This document shows, piece by piece, positions 1-13,005 of a stretch of 64,000 nucleotides of DNA. A program made the position numbers and the translations under genes. Below the pieces are notes generated by a model that made no database searches, had not been told where the DNA came from, and was given only the letters and a program-made list of their open reading frames with translations. The stretch's first letter is position 1, and each line of letters starts with the position of its first letter. The DNA lies in contig MU004236.1 in the NCBI GenBank assembly GCA_010405405.1, forward strand, positions 1,432,070 to 1,496,069, read 5' to 3'. This DNA comes from Microthyrium microscopicum (taxonomy: Eukaryota).

Positions 1-1284
1 GCGTAGGTATGATCTTCATGCCTTTCAGTCCGAGGTGGTTGGTGCATCATGGCCATGAAGTAGAGGCGCGAAAAGTGCTCGCGAGCCTTCGTGGATTGTC
101 GCAAGATCACACGCTTATTGAGATTGAGTTTGCGGAAATCAGAGCGCAATCACTGTTTGAAAAAAGAACCATTGCAGAGTATTTTCCTCATCTCAAAGAA
201 CAGACATCTTGGAATACCATTAAACTGTCAGTGTCTTGGGCTTCTGTTGACATATTGGTGCTAACAATATCCAGGCAATTTGTTGCTATCGCTTCTCTTT
301 TCAAAACGAAGCCTATGTTCCGTCGAGTTATCGTCGCCACGGTGACTATGTTCTTCCAGCAATGGACAGGGTGAGCGTTTTGACACAAGTATCAACAGGT
401 TTGAATCTAACCTAGTTCAGTATCAACGCCATCTTATACTACGCGCCAAAAATCTTCAAAGGGCTCAGCTTAGGCGAGAATGCAACATCACTACTAGCCA
501 CAGGAGTGGTCGGCATCGCCATGTTCTTAGCCACCATTCCTGCAGTCATGTATGTTGACAAGCTAGGTCGTAAGCCAGTGCTCATCGTTGGTGCCATCGG
601 CATGGCTTCCTGCCATCTCATAATCGCAGGAATCAATGGAGCTTTCTCGAACGACTGGCCGGCACACAAGTCAGGCGGTTGGGCAGCCGTCGTTATGGTC
701 TGGCTCTTCGTTGTCCATTTTGGATATTCATGGGGTCCTTGCGCCTGGATTGTGGTTGCAGAGGTGAATAACACCCCAGCTGTGAGCGCGGTCCCTTGCT
801 AACTGTATCAGGTTTGGCCATTGAGCAATCGACCCTACGGCATCGCACTGGGAGCGTCAAGCAACTGGATGAATAACTTCATTGTCGGACAAGCAACGCC
901 AGATATGCTTGATAGGATGAAATACGGAACTTATATCTTCTTTGGCTTGCTTACACTTGGTGGCGCACTATTTGTGTGGTTGTATGTGCCAGAGACGAAG
1001 GGATTGACATTGGAGGAGATGGATTTGATTTTTGGAACTGCGGATATCGTCGCCAGAGATAGAGAGATCATGGACGAAGGTAAGTGCAAAAGTCCCACCC
1101 TTTTTTCCCGATAAAGCTCGGGTTGAGATATCCTGTGCACGATGGACTCGGGAGACCCAACAGCCATTTGACCCACTACTGATTATTTCGACATGTACTA
1201 ACTGTTGTGCCAGTCAATCGCGAAGTTGGTCTGGTGGATCATAGCGAGAAAGATGCGAAATACGTTGGTGACACCAAAATCTAA
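1..1284 (+). CDS. MFS sugar porter family transporter (5' truncated by window edge, spliced)
   Basis: Spliced ORFs give PFSPRWL, FFQQWTGINAILYYAP, VDKLGRKP, YSWGPCAW, PETKGLTLEEMD; last intron 1080..1213, stop TAA at 1282-1284. Confidence 0.93.
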
Positions 1285-1743
1285 GACGGTAAAGAATACC
1301 AGGCCGAGTTCTACAGTACACCTGGGACAGCCACCTTGGGCATTTGAAAATCATTAGCACACTCAGGAGATCTATTGAAGGTAAAAGATTGAATTATTAT
1401 CATGTAAGAGAAAGAGACTTTCTAAAATCAGAATGGTCACATCCTGCCTTCTAATCAACAAAACAACTTAATGTCTGTCTGCCTCACCCCATACCGCTCT
1501 CGTAATGTCAAAACTCGGACAATTCTTCCCCTGACCATGAAACTGTAGATTTACACGTGTCGGTCTCTCTAAATTCGCGATGAATGCTTTTGGGCAATCT
1601 CGTAGCGCGATTGCCAGTCTCGCAACCACTATCATCAAGCCGAATGGACTTTCTAACGCTTAAAGCAAAAGTAAGATACAGTCAATTATATACAGTCATA
1701 GCAAAACACCCACCTGTTGTCTTTTTCAGGCTGTATGAGCAAT

Positions 1744-3321
1744 TCAGCGCCTTCTTTGAACAATATGCTCAATACCTTTCAGCCCGGAATCACCGAATTG
1801 TTTTTTGAGACGATCCATATGCATGAGCTCCTGGTCCGTTGGCCGTCGCTCTACCCCCTGATAGCGAATGGGGTCCTGGCCGGGTATGCGACGCAAATGG
1901 AACTGGTAGTGCGAGATTGATGGATCTACCATTTTGTAGTCTACAACTCTGTACAGACCATCATACCGAAAGCCGAATGGCGGAGAGTATATACTCTCGG
2001 TTCCAGTCTCACGGCCAGCGCGAATGACCCGAACTTCCTTGTTCTTGGTTTTAGCGGTTATAAGGAGTTCCGTATCTTTCGAATGTGCCAGTGGGTTTCC
2101 TTTCGTTCCAGTATACCACAAGTCATCACCCTCATCACGATCATCGTACTCGGACTTGCCAGCGACTGTGATACTCCAGGCGCCTTCTTTTGTCTTTCCA
2201 GAAATTCCGGCTTGCATCATTCCATGGCTTCCGTCCCGTAGCGTAGCCGTCTTATAAGGCACCCATTGTCCATTGCATACTCCGTTGTGGCCCCATTCTG
2301 CATAGCGCCGATTATTATAGGCGGGGGCGAGCTTCCAGTTGTTGCTGGTTTGCTTCGATGATGCAGTTGTCTCGTTTTGATTGATTTCTCCGCGACGACA
2401 GCCCCACATGAGTTGTCCGGATAGTTCTTCGTCGGCTGTTTCTCGTGCCCATCGACGGAACAACTCCGTAGCATCGGAACGTATGTCCCACGCGATGATG
2501 GAGTCATCTGCTATGTCGGGAAGTCCTTCCACAACAGTGAGTATTTTAGATGAGACTAGGTCCGTTTTGGTCACACACCAGAAGAAGGCCTCATGAATCT
2601 CATCACGCAAATCTGCAAGTCTCAGTTCCAAAGTATCCGGATTTCCTTGTTTGACAGAACGGAAGATCATTCGTATATTGTTGAGTTGGTTTGCCATAGT
2701 ACTGGGGCGGTCAGGAAGTTTGGTTTCATAGTACCATGATGGAATTTGATAGTTTGGATTTGGGCGATTGGGTCTGTGGAGGTATTGTGTTCCACGTTGT
2801 GTCCCGCGCTGAGCAGCCTCCTGAGTAGGTCGCGGTCGACGTGGTCTGTCTAGATAGGCGTTGCTAGCGACCATCGGAGAGACTGTGTCCATTGAAGACG
2901 TGGCATTGCTGGGTCGTGGTGGTTCAGCTTTTCCTAGTTGAGGTTCGGACGGCCCAGCAAAGCTATGCTGGCGTGATGAGGAGGCGACACCAAATCCGCT
3001 GTGCTCTATCTGCGCCACAGGCACAGGCTGCGCAGATTCAGGAGCAGGCTGTTGAGTGATCACTCTAGGTCGTGGAGAGGATTCTGTGAATGCGCCATCC
3101 TTGGGCTCTGGGGGGCGTACAGCCGGCGCTGATACGGGATTAGGTTTGGGCTCCTTGGTATCCGGTGATTCTCTTTCTTCGAGATAAATCCGGCGCTGCT
3201 CTCTCACACGGGCGTTTCTAGCCAAAGTCTCGGCAATTCGAGCTTTCGCTGCCGCAATCTCGCTCGCAACATCACGCTTCCGTGGGGGCTCTTCTGAACC
3301 AGTCATGGTGGTGTCCTTCAT
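1744..3321 (-). CDS. SRA/YDG domain protein with long low-complexity N-terminus
   Basis: 525-aa ORF; C-terminal GHNG..GQW, HGMMQAGISG..GAWSI, YDDRDEGDDLWYTG, VRVIR, GFRYDGLYRV, FHLRRIPGQ match SRA/YDG domain motifs. Confidence 0.85.
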   Translation of the reverse strand: MKDTTMTGSEEPPRKRDVASEIAAAKARIAETLARNARVREQRRIYLEERESPDTKEPKPNPVSAPAVRPPEPKDGAFTESSPRPRVITQQPAPESAQPVPVAQIEHSGFGVASSSRQHSFAGPSEPQLGKAEPPRPSNATSSMDTVSPMVASNAYLDRPRRPRPTQEAAQRGTQRGTQYLHRPNRPNPNYQIPSWYYETKLPDRPSTMANQLNNIRMIFRSVKQGNPDTLELRLADLRDEIHEAFFWCVTKTDLVSSKILTVVEGLPDIADDSIIAWDIRSDATELFRRWARETADEELSGQLMWGCRRGEINQNETTASSKQTSNNWKLAPAYNNRRYAEWGHNGVCNGQWVPYKTATLRDGSHGMMQAGISGKTKEGAWSITVAGKSEYDDRDEGDDLWYTGTKGNPLAHSKDTELLITAKTKNKEVRVIRAGRETGTESIYSPPFGFRYDGLYRVVDYKMVDPSISHYQFHLRRIPGQDPIRYQGVERRPTDQELMHMDRLKKQFGDSGLKGIEHIVQRRR

Positions 3322-4337
3322 CTCGACGCTTCGGTGTTTGGGTGTCGAAGCTGCTCAACGACTTTGTATTGTTTTGCTATCGGACACATTAGCACTATGA
3401 AGTTCCAAGTTGCCCTAGAGGCCAAGGTTTTTTGTTTACTTGTCTTGCTTGTTTACTCAACGTTGTTTACCTGCTCTGCAGTCTTTCTCGCTCTGTAATG
3501 CTATAATCGTCCAGGTAACGCGAGAAAATATATGTGAAGAAAAAGAGTGAGAGAATACAAGCAGAGGCAAGCGCATACTTCAATGCACTGTGGGGGGAGA
3601 AGGCAGCCGAGTAAGGGCGAGCTGCCTGGCGCTTGGACAATGTAATCAATGGGTCTTTCCTAATCTGGCTGATCGTTAGTCGGGATGGTCTCCAGCGTAG
3701 AGGAAAGAGCGTTCGAGTCTACCTTGAGATATTGAGTAGACTCGAGGATGAAGACTCGAGGATGTTTCATAGGCAGCAATGCAGGATAGAAGTCGAGTCT
3801 TTTTCAAGACAGGAGAGGATGCTCTCGTGGGGCGTTTTGATTTTGATATGCTTACGCGTTCATATTGGAATACTGGTTAAAGCTCGACGATAAAGAGTGT
3901 TGGAACTGCCCCTGATGCAACAATGTATACTACAGGTTGACGGTCTGAAGTGGTAGAAAAGAACGTTCTCCTTGACCTTTGGAGGTTGACATACGAAGGT
4001 ATTGGACGGCAATCCTTCTATATCGGGGAATTACCCCGCCAAAGGACAATTGCTCTTGCTTTCCTTGCACGAGAGATAAGGTACCAACATTTGAAAGGGA
4101 GGCAGGCGAGGAGTACTCTACTCCCTTTAGAGGTCAGACCGAATCATACATCAGGTTGCTGGCACTTGTTTTCCTACATAGTCTGACTTGGAAGCGTGAG
4201 TCTCTCTTCAAACAAACAATATGTTTTGTAGGCTTCTGTGCAAATTGATTTCTCATACTAATAGTCATATATCTCGCCGTCTTTTGTATTATGAGTTGTC
4301 CAACAGCCTCAAGCACCAACCCACATCAAGCACTATT

Positions 4338-7300
4338 TTAGGCGGCACTCTTCTTATCCGAGCCAGCTAGGTCAACGGCAAAATCAGTCTTGGTTGGAGC
4401 CACAGGCTCGATGTTCCAGATCACCTCCGCGTACTCGTCGATGCATCGGTCAGACGAGAAGAAACCCATTCGGGCTACACTGGTGATACTCTTGGTTGTC
4501 CACTCGTCCACGTTCTTGTAGCTCTCATCAATGAGATCCTGGGTTTGGCAGTATGACTCAAAGTCATCAGACACTAGGTAGAAATCACCATGGTCGACTA
4601 TGGCGTTGACCAAAGCAGAGAATTGTGATGCGTCGCCAAATTTGCCGTTTTGGATTTGGTCAAAGACCTTGGCAAGAGACTCGTTGAGTTGGTAGGTTCC
4701 GAAGACGTGGTTATGTCGGAGTTCTTCCACATCCTCTGAGAGATTTCCGAACAAGAAGATATTGTTCTCACCAATTTCGCGGGTGATTTCAATCTGTATA
4801 ATGTTAGTAGCTGGAAATAACAAGAATATAACTTCACTTACATTGGCACCATCACAGGTTCCAATAATGAGACCACCGTTGAGGACAAACTTCATGTTAC
4901 TGGTACCACTTGCTTCGGTTCCAGCAGTAGAAATGTGTTCACTGATATCAGAGGCAGGAACAAGGAACTCTGCTTTGCTGACATTGTAGTCTTCGATAAA
5001 GACCACCTTCAACAAATCGCCGACTTCTGGATCGTTGTTGATAACATCTCCCACCTTGTTGATGAGGTGGATGACAGTCTTAGCCATCCAGTATCCAGGA
5101 GCAGCTTTGCCGCCAAAGATGGTAACTCGAGGTACGACCTTCTTCTTTTCTTCGGCGCTCATTGCCTTGATTGCAAGGTAACGGTGAATGCATCCGAAGA
5201 TGTTTAGCTGTTGGCGTTTGTACTCGTGAATACGCTTGACTTGAATATCAAACAAGGCTTTTGGATTGAGAGTAATTCCAGTGGTTTCGTGAACATGTCT
5301 TGCAAGACGCTCCTTGTTGGCCAACTTGATTGCTTGCCACTCCTTACGGAACTCGGCGTCATCCACATGGGCCTCGATCTTGTTAAGTAAAGTTAGGTCC
5401 TTCAAGAAGTCGTAGCCACCGAGCTTGGATGCAATCAAAGCTGAAAGGCGAGGATTTGCTTGATGAAGCCATCTTCGAGGTGTGATGCCGTTGGTGACGT
5501 TAGTAAATTTGTCGGGGCCATAAACCTTGACGAAATCCTTAAGGATTGTCGTTTTGACCAGATCAGAGTGCAATTCGGCGACACCGTTGACCTTGTGGGA
5601 GCCAATAACTGCCAAAAAAGCCATTCGAACCATTTTGGGGTTGGATTCTTCAATGATGGATACTCTTCCGAGCAAATCTCGATCTTTAGGGAATGTTCTC
5701 TCAACATACTGCAAGAATTGGAGATTGATCTCGTAGATAATTTGAAGATGGCGAGGAAGGAGGTGTTGCATCAGTCCCACCGACCACTTCTCTAATGCTT
5801 CTGGTAGAACTGTGTGATTGGTGTAAGCAAAGGTTTGGTGGACAATGCTCCATGCTTCGTCCCATTCAAGGCCCTCAATATCAATCAGGATACGTTGAAG
5901 CTCAGGAATAGCAAGTGTCGGATGCGTGTCATTGAGCTGGATGGCTGTCTGCGAGGAGAATTCCTTCCACGCTCGACCCGTTTTCTTGAATCGGCGGACA
6001 ATGTCACTCAGGGAAGCAGCACACCAGAAGTATTGTTGCTTCAGTCTAAGCTCTTTTCCTCGTTCCAGGTTGTCATTGGGATACAACACGGCTGAGATGG
6101 TCTCGGCTCGCTGTTGATCAGCGACGGAGCTCTCGTACTCCCCAGAGTTGAACTTCTGGAAATCGAATTCGCCGCTGGCAGCTTTGCTACCCCAAAGACG
6201 CAGGTTGTTGGTGGTTGATGTACCGTAACCAGGGACTATGTATGTTAGAAATTAGACGTAAGCTTTCATCAGATAACTTACCAGGTACGTCAAAGGCCAC
6301 AGCTTTGACAATCTCGCCTCCTTCCCAGGAGCATTTGGTTTTTCCATTTTCGTCTCTGTGATTGTTTAGCAGGTGCCATTACTTTGAACCAGAGAATCAA
6401 ACTTACTGCCACTTGTCAACATGTCCATAGAACTGGATGTCTACAGTTACATCGTGACGAGCAAACTCCCAAGGGTTAAAGTCAAGCCAATAATCCGGCA
6501 CCTCAACTTGGTAACCATCCACAATTTCTTGCTTGAAGATACCATAGCGGTATCGAAGGCCATAGCCCCAGGCTGGGTAGTTGAGAGTTGCCAGACTGTC
6601 CAGGAAACAGGCAGCCAATCGTCCCAAGCCACCATTGCCCAAAGCAGCGTCATGTTCTTGTTCGATGATATCTTCCATTCGGAATCCGAGACCCGAAAGA
6701 CCCTCTAAGTCCTTTGTTAGTATATCAATCACACCCATCGGAGGAATTTGTAATGTACCTGCTGCTACATCCTTTTGCTGGACGTTTAGCATAGCGTTGT
6801 CTAGAGCTCGACCCATCAAGAATTCGAGTGATAGATCTTCAAGTTGTTAGCATTCAGCGTGTTGTGAGCTCTTATTTCTTACAATATATTCTCTTTTGAT
6901 CGGCAAAGGTATGAGCTTGTTGTGTTTTGTTCCAGTCCATAACCAGTCTATCACGGAAAGCCAAGGCAGTACCGGCATACATGGCTCTTGAGTCTCGAGT
7001 TAGAACCTATTGTAGACAGCAAACAGATGTGACTCACGCTTCATCGCAGTTGTACATTGAGCGTGCAAGACTGGTCTCGACATGGCGAACTGCATCTCTC
7101 TATTCCAAAGTCAGAACCGCAGCTAAAGGCTTGTTGGACATGGGGTCTCATACCTGAAAATCTTCGGCTTTTGCAAATCTCTGAGGTGCCTATATTTGGA
7201 ATTAGGGATGACTTCAAATGAATGAGGGAATCAATTGGCATACAAATTTGGTCCACCTGAGAAGAAATGTTAGTTATTTTGGTCAACGAGCAAAAGGCAG

Positions 7301-7528
7301 CGGTGAGACTCACGCCTCTCTTTGTGGCTCTGGAATAGAAGATTGAACATCTTTTATGTCTTTCGCACCGAAACCAGTGGCGGTTCTCTTGTGCTTGGGT
7401 CGAGTAAAGTCGGGACCGATTGGACCTTTCAAGTCGTGAACGGGAGCACTCATGCTTGGCCGCCTATCTCGGATGGTCAAGGAAGGGCGACGCTCGCTGG
7501 CAGTGGTAGGTTCTTCGGATGAAGCCAT
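4338..7528 (-). CDS. GPH1: Glycogen phosphorylase (multi-exon)
   Basis: [49 protein letters not shown] (PLP lysine); N-terminal [10 protein letters not shown] region; several short 5' exons. Confidence 0.97.
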
Positions 7529-7606
7529 TGTGAGGTAAGAGGCTTCAATGTGGTCAAGGTGTTTGAGGGACGGGGTAGAAGATGAAAGGGAGGTTTAGTC
7601 AGAAAC

Positions 7607-7632
7607 AGAGAGAGAGAGAGAGAGAGAGAGAG
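7607..7632. repeat. (AG)13 microsatellite, reading (CT)13 about 80 nt upstream of the GPH1 start codon
   Basis: Perfect dinucleotide run read directly. Confidence 0.95.
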
Positions 7633-9065
7633 CAGCGAAAGGCAAGATGGTGATATGACGGTTGAAATCTTGATGACAATGGCTAGGACTCGAGAAAGTA
7701 CGGGGATGCTGTCACTGAGAATGAATGAACTGAATGCTAGAGAAAGAACGAACGGGTCAACTACCTTACTTGAATGCATGTGGGGAGCTTCTTGCCTTGC
7801 TTGCATACATTTTGCATTGGAAAGGCAAGTGCATCCATTGTTGACCACTCATTGGCAAGAGCGTCCCAACGTCCCACCAAAAAACAGTCCAAGCTCCCTA
7901 TCATTACTTCCTCAAGAGGCGGACAAGGCGGGGATGCATGTTCGGAAGGCGGGGCTCAGCTTGTTCAACATTTCAATAGCTGCAACAACACCATACATTT
8001 CTACTACTACCACAAATAGTACACAGGAATATACAAATGCCCATGCTCAACATGCAAAACAACGCCCGCTTTTCTCTTTACCAACGTCACTACGCATCAA
8101 TTATCCCGTCTCTGGCTTGTACTCTACTCCTTCTTCTGTCCTTGTCCCTGTAGCTCACCATGCTGTCCCTGCTAAGCGTGCTCCCACTCTAGCACTCACT
8201 CTAAATTTATTTGTTCGTCGAAACTATCGCAGATAAAGCTTCCCTGTTAGCCTTCAAGCCTTGTCCAACGTGCGTGGGCTCGCGGATTCCATATGCACGC
8301 TTATCACCCTCTTGTTTCATTCTGACTGCTCTGTCATGCGCGTGCTGTGCTCACTATTAACCTGTTCGCAGCAAAAAACCCGCCATCAGAGCTTTGACTC
8401 TATTAGCTCGAGCTTGGATCGGCCGATCAATGCTATATTTTTACTCATCATGATCCCGCATGAGCGAAGTTGCGAAATTGAAGCCATCAAATCTTGCTTG
8501 AGACTTAGGGTACCTTTTGTTGTGTCTTGACTTTCCCCAGATGACTTCCTTCCTCTTTCGGACGCATCACATCCCAAACAGGCTTCGTGCCAAGCCTGAC
8601 CATAGTTACTACATCAGTCAATCGTCAACTCGGGCACTTCTTTGCTCTGCCAATCCGTTGATTTCGACTAGCCTTGAGTAAACAAACTAGTATCGTGGAG
8701 TTTGAGCGGATCATCGATATTTCGGTGATAACATAGCGTCGGCGTTATCCCTCGCATGCGGCTTTGTTGTCTCTCCGTCCATTTGACCTCGCGAATCAAA
8801 ACCGCATTCATGTCCTCCAACACGTCCATGGCCCATGAAAAAGGGAAGTAATTACTCCGACACTGTCGGAAGAAGAGTCGCATCTGAGTATACGCCGTAA
8901 CCGTATAAAAGGAGTATCTAGATGGACCATGGCTCTGATGTTAACCTTGCAGCAATTTCCATCATCTCACAAATTTCATTTCTATGCATAAACTCAGACC
9001 ATTCATCTCAGCTCAGTTGAAGACTTGACAAAACATTGAGGTCGTCTGCCGTTCCAATAACAACC

Positions 9066-10179
9066 ATGGTGAAACTCGATGTCGTCCACCAATTCAATAC
9101 AAATCTAGCCAACTCACAGCCTCTTGTTGCTGTGCTTGCGGGAGCCACCGCTGGCATAGGCGAAGCTACAGTCCGAAGTCTGGCTGAGGCTCATGGTACA
9201 CATGGCAAGGGGCTTCGAGTATACTTTGTTGGTAGAAACAGTAAGGCAGCCCAACAGATTATCGCAGACTGTAAAGGGATTTGCCCAAATGGCGAATTCA
9301 TCTTTGTTCGCGCATCAGATCTCGCTCTTCTGAAAGAGGTCGATCGAGTCTGCGAAGGTATTCTCAAAGCGGAACAGACCGTTGCCAACGATGGGAAAGC
9401 CAAAATAGACCTACTAGTTCTTTCGCAAGGGATGCTTTCCTTTGACCCCCGTAAAGGTCAGTATCCATATCATCTCATCAGCATTTCGCTAACAATCTCT
9501 AGACACTCCTGAAGGCTTAGACGAGATCATGTCACTGTCCTACTACTCGCGGATGCGCTTCATCATCCAGCTTCTACCACTGCTCCTCGAATCTACCATA
9601 GGACACGTTGTTTCAGTTTTCAATCCAAAGCTCGAAGGCAAAGTCATACTTGACGACCTATCACTGCGTGAACCCAAAAACTTTGCCTTTAAAATCGGTG
9701 CCTCGCATCTAGTACACCTACATACGTTCTTCTTTGAAAACCTGGCACAACGACACGCAAGAAAACTCTCACTCATTCATCTATTTCCTGGTCTCGTGTT
9801 GACCAACGCGGCCTACAACGGCAATCTGCCGACATGGATGAAGATGCTGTGGAGATATGTCGTGGCGCCATTATCTGGTTGGCGCGCGGTCCCAAAAGCC
9901 GAGTGTGGTGCACGTATTTTATTTTTGACTTCACCGAAATACCCAGCAAGGTCTATGAATGCTGGAGGAGACGCGCATACGGTTGATGACCTGGAGGTGG
10001 CAACGTCATCTGATGGGATTGTAGGAGGCGGAGCTTATCGAATTGACTTGGATGGGGAGACCATTGCGACTGGGGAAGCGTATGAGACTGCGAAGGCAGC
10101 AGGAATGTATGATTTGGTGTATGAGCATACGATGAAGGCGTTTAAAGAGATTGAGGCAGGTCGGGCCTTTAAGGACTAA
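9066..10179 (+). CDS. Short-chain dehydrogenase/reductase (atypical fungal SDR)
   Basis: GATAGIG Rossmann motif, VGRN, IDLLVLSQG, SLSYYSRMRF, HLFPGLV; intron 9457..9502. Confidence 0.85.
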
Positions 10180-10511
10180 TGATAGGACATGATATTTGAT
10201 GGGATTATCTTTGTTGTTTGATTGATGGATCGTGTTTTCGTGGGCGTCTGGAGTGTCTTGTAGCTTCTATGTCATATCTACCCTTGCTCGGCAGTAATCT
10301 AGATTCGCAGTATTTCCCCTCATCAACATTTTCAAGTAATGGGAGAAATGGAAGTTGTTCCTTGAAGTACAAGACCTGCATGGAAGAAACCTACGGTAGA
10401 GTACCTTAGGTAACTGATTGACGGGTTTCTGCACGGACCCATCAATGTGATCATGATCATGAAGCTCCGAACAGCTCCGCTTTTTCTCACTCGAACACAA
10501 CCTTCAGCAAC

Positions 10512-11735
10512 ATGAACAGCTCAATATATCTCAAGATTCTACGTAACTCCTTGCTGGTCAAGCCTTCCTCTACATCGCAACGATGCGTCCACACTGCTCA
10601 ATGGCGATACATATCCAGCAGTCGACGAACACTTGCGCAGCGAACGAAATCCTCCAGACAAACCATAAATCCCCTCGACCCCAGTAGCGTTCAAGCATCA
10701 ATCAACAATGACTGGAGGCGCGTTCAGATGCTGTCGTTGGCAGTAATCTTCTCTATGGCTGGCGCATATGCAATAACTACGTTCATGGATCCACCACAGA
10801 AGAACTCTGAGCAACAAGGCGGCAAAGACATCATGCAAGAGCAATCAAGAGCAATAAGGGCCGATTCATCAAGGGAAGGTGAAGATAAGTTTCAAGGGAA
10901 GCCAGTCGTGGTAGCAGCGGGTGGTGCTAAGCTGCTCGCTCACGACGAAAAGACTGGCGAGGATCTTGAAGTCGTTCCCACTGGCACGTCTACAATCCCT
11001 CATTTTCCGAAGACCATGAATCTACCTATACCAGGCGCCGTTAACGAAGAAGAGACTGAATATACTCTCGTTGGGCTGGGCGTGCGAACAGTCTCATTCC
11101 TGAGCATCGAGGTATATGTGGTTGGACTTTACATACAAACGTCGTCACTATCAGCACTGCAAGCGAAATTCATAAAGCACATCAATCCTCTGGCAAGCTC
11201 GTTGATACCGGGCGAGAAAGAGAAGCTACGAAGTACCCTGTTGGATCCTGAGGAATCCTATAGGCTCTGGGATGAAATACTCAAAGATACGAGCGGCGAT
11301 GTAAACTCAGCCTTCCGGATCGTGCCTACCAAAAATACCGATTTCCAACATTTGAGAGATGGTTGGGTCCGTGGCATCAAGGCTCGAACGCAGGCCGCAG
11401 GATCAAAAGGCAACTTGGAATTCACCGACGAAGGATTTGGATCATCTATGGGCGAATTTAATGCGCTATTCGGTAGGAAGGGAAAGGCTCCCAAGGGTTC
11501 GGTTCTTGTCTTGACGCGCGATGGATCTGGGCGGCTAGGAGTTATTTACCAGGACAAATCAGGAGCTACTGAGAACTTTGGAACCTTGGAAGATGAGCGA
11601 ATCGCAAGATTGATATGGTTAGGATATGTTGGTGGCAAGAATGTCAGTAGTGAAGATGCAAGGAAGAAGATTATAGACGGAGTTATTCATCTTGTAGAGA
11701 GACCTCTTGGGACGGCAGCCACTCAAATAACCTGA
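10512..11735 (+). CDS. AIM18: Mitochondrial chalcone-isomerase-fold protein, Aim18/Aim46-like
   Basis: Basic presequence-like N-terminus, one hydrophobic segment, YTLVGLGVRTVSFLSIEVYVVGLY and RIVPTKNTDFQHLRDG motifs. Confidence 0.8.
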   Translation: MNSSIYLKILRNSLLVKPSSTSQRCVHTAQWRYISSSRRTLAQRTKSSRQTINPLDPSSVQASINNDWRRVQMLSLAVIFSMAGAYAITTFMDPPQKNSEQQGGKDIMQEQSRAIRADSSREGEDKFQGKPVVVAAGGAKLLAHDEKTGEDLEVVPTGTSTIPHFPKTMNLPIPGAVNEEETEYTLVGLGVRTVSFLSIEVYVVGLYIQTSSLSALQAKFIKHINPLASSLIPGEKEKLRSTLLDPEESYRLWDEILKDTSGDVNSAFRIVPTKNTDFQHLRDGWVRGIKARTQAAGSKGNLEFTDEGFGSSMGEFNALFGRKGKAPKGSVLVLTRDGSGRLGVIYQDKSGATENFGTLEDERIARLIWLGYVGGKNVSSEDARKKIIDGVIHLVERPLGTAATQIT

Positions 11736-12422
11736 GCATACTACGTCGAGCGCTACACGTAGGCAAACAGGTTGGTTTTAGATCGGTTAGATGCGGTACT
11801 AATCGTCTTAGTCGTGGTTCTTGCGCGGGTGAAGGATTCGGGATCGTCAGGGGCACAGCAGTTCATCTTTACTACACCGTCGAACATGCGCTTCCCGCAA
11901 TGCTCTCACAGCTTTCCCAGTACAAAATTAAAGCTTAAAAGTAGTCCACTACTTATCTACTCTAGCCTGTAGCGTCTGACGTCCAACGAAGTCACGAGGC
12001 GAATCATCATGCAATGTTGCATTAACACTACCCCTTTTTGGGTCTGGGCGGTAATCTTTCAGCCTGATGCATAACCTATCAACATCATGGACAAGCAAGC
12101 CGATTGCTGTTCAGGTGGCATAGAACACAAGTCGCCCTATCCTTGCAACTGGCAACCTTAAGTGGTATCGGAACCATTTAAGCCGATTAGGTTGCGTCAC
12201 GTCTGAATGTACGGAACACGAAGATTAGAGTGAGACTTTGTGCTGCGTAGCCTTGAGAGCCAAATATAGAAGGCCGGTAGCAGGCTGGGGAATAATACCA
12301 TGTGATTCCTTTTTCCAACCTTCACCGAGATTTATGGGCCCATTTCCTCAAACTTCATCTCTTACTTCAACCTCACATTCGTTGGCACGTTTCGCTGCGC
12401 CATTTACAAGGCCCTCATTTCA

Positions 12423-12881
12423 ATGTCTGAGGAATCACCAAACCGAGGACTACACCCAGATGATCCACTTGCCAAGCAGCTGACGGCTCGAACACAGCCC
12501 ACTGTCATGAAAACAGAGCCCATGGAGAAGCCTATTCGCTCTCTCTTATCTATATCCATACCCCAGGACAGAATTTCAGCAATACTACAAGGCAGTGCAC
12601 CGGAATCGATGGCACAAAAGTGGTATATTTACTCGACAGGCCCTACTATACAAGGACTAGCAACACTCTTCATGTTTCGGAGTTGGACAGGTCTCGCGGT
12701 TGCAGAGATCACCATCAGCATACCCGTGGACGGAGCTGGAAAAACGATGGATGGCGATTCAAAGATGACGGAGATCAGGTGGGAATCGAGCTATGATCGC
12801 GTAGGACAACAGACTGAAGAAAGTGCAAAAGAGACGGTGCTAGAAGTATGTAAATGGGTTTTAGGAGTAGACCTGAGCTGA
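12423..12881 (+). CDS. Hypothetical protein with P..M..KWYIY...LFMFRSWTG motif
   Basis: Intronless 152-aa ATG-initiated ORF with globular-looking composition. Confidence 0.65.
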   Translation: MSEESPNRGLHPDDPLAKQLTARTQPTVMKTEPMEKPIRSLLSISIPQDRISAILQGSAPESMAQKWYIYSTGPTIQGLATLFMFRSWTGLAVAEITISIPVDGAGKTMDGDSKMTEIRWESSYDRVGQQTEESAKETVLEVCKWVLGVDLS

Positions 12882-13005
12882 ATAGATAATGGGCACTTGC
12901 GCAAGCTACAATTTGATCCAGACCTATCTCAGTCGACTAGATATCTGGAGACTACAGCTACCTGCTACTTTCTTTGCTCAGATTCAACTCAACAACCTTT
13001 CAGTA

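Noticed and set aside
1080..1213. Longer (134 nt) intron as riboswitch or snoRNA host
   Set aside because: No TPP aptamer consensus or convincing C/D or H/ACA boxes; only short chance hairpins
7655..8236. 193-aa ORF upstream of GPH1
   Set aside because: Lies in the GPH1 promoter/leader region, no recognisable domain, likely spurious
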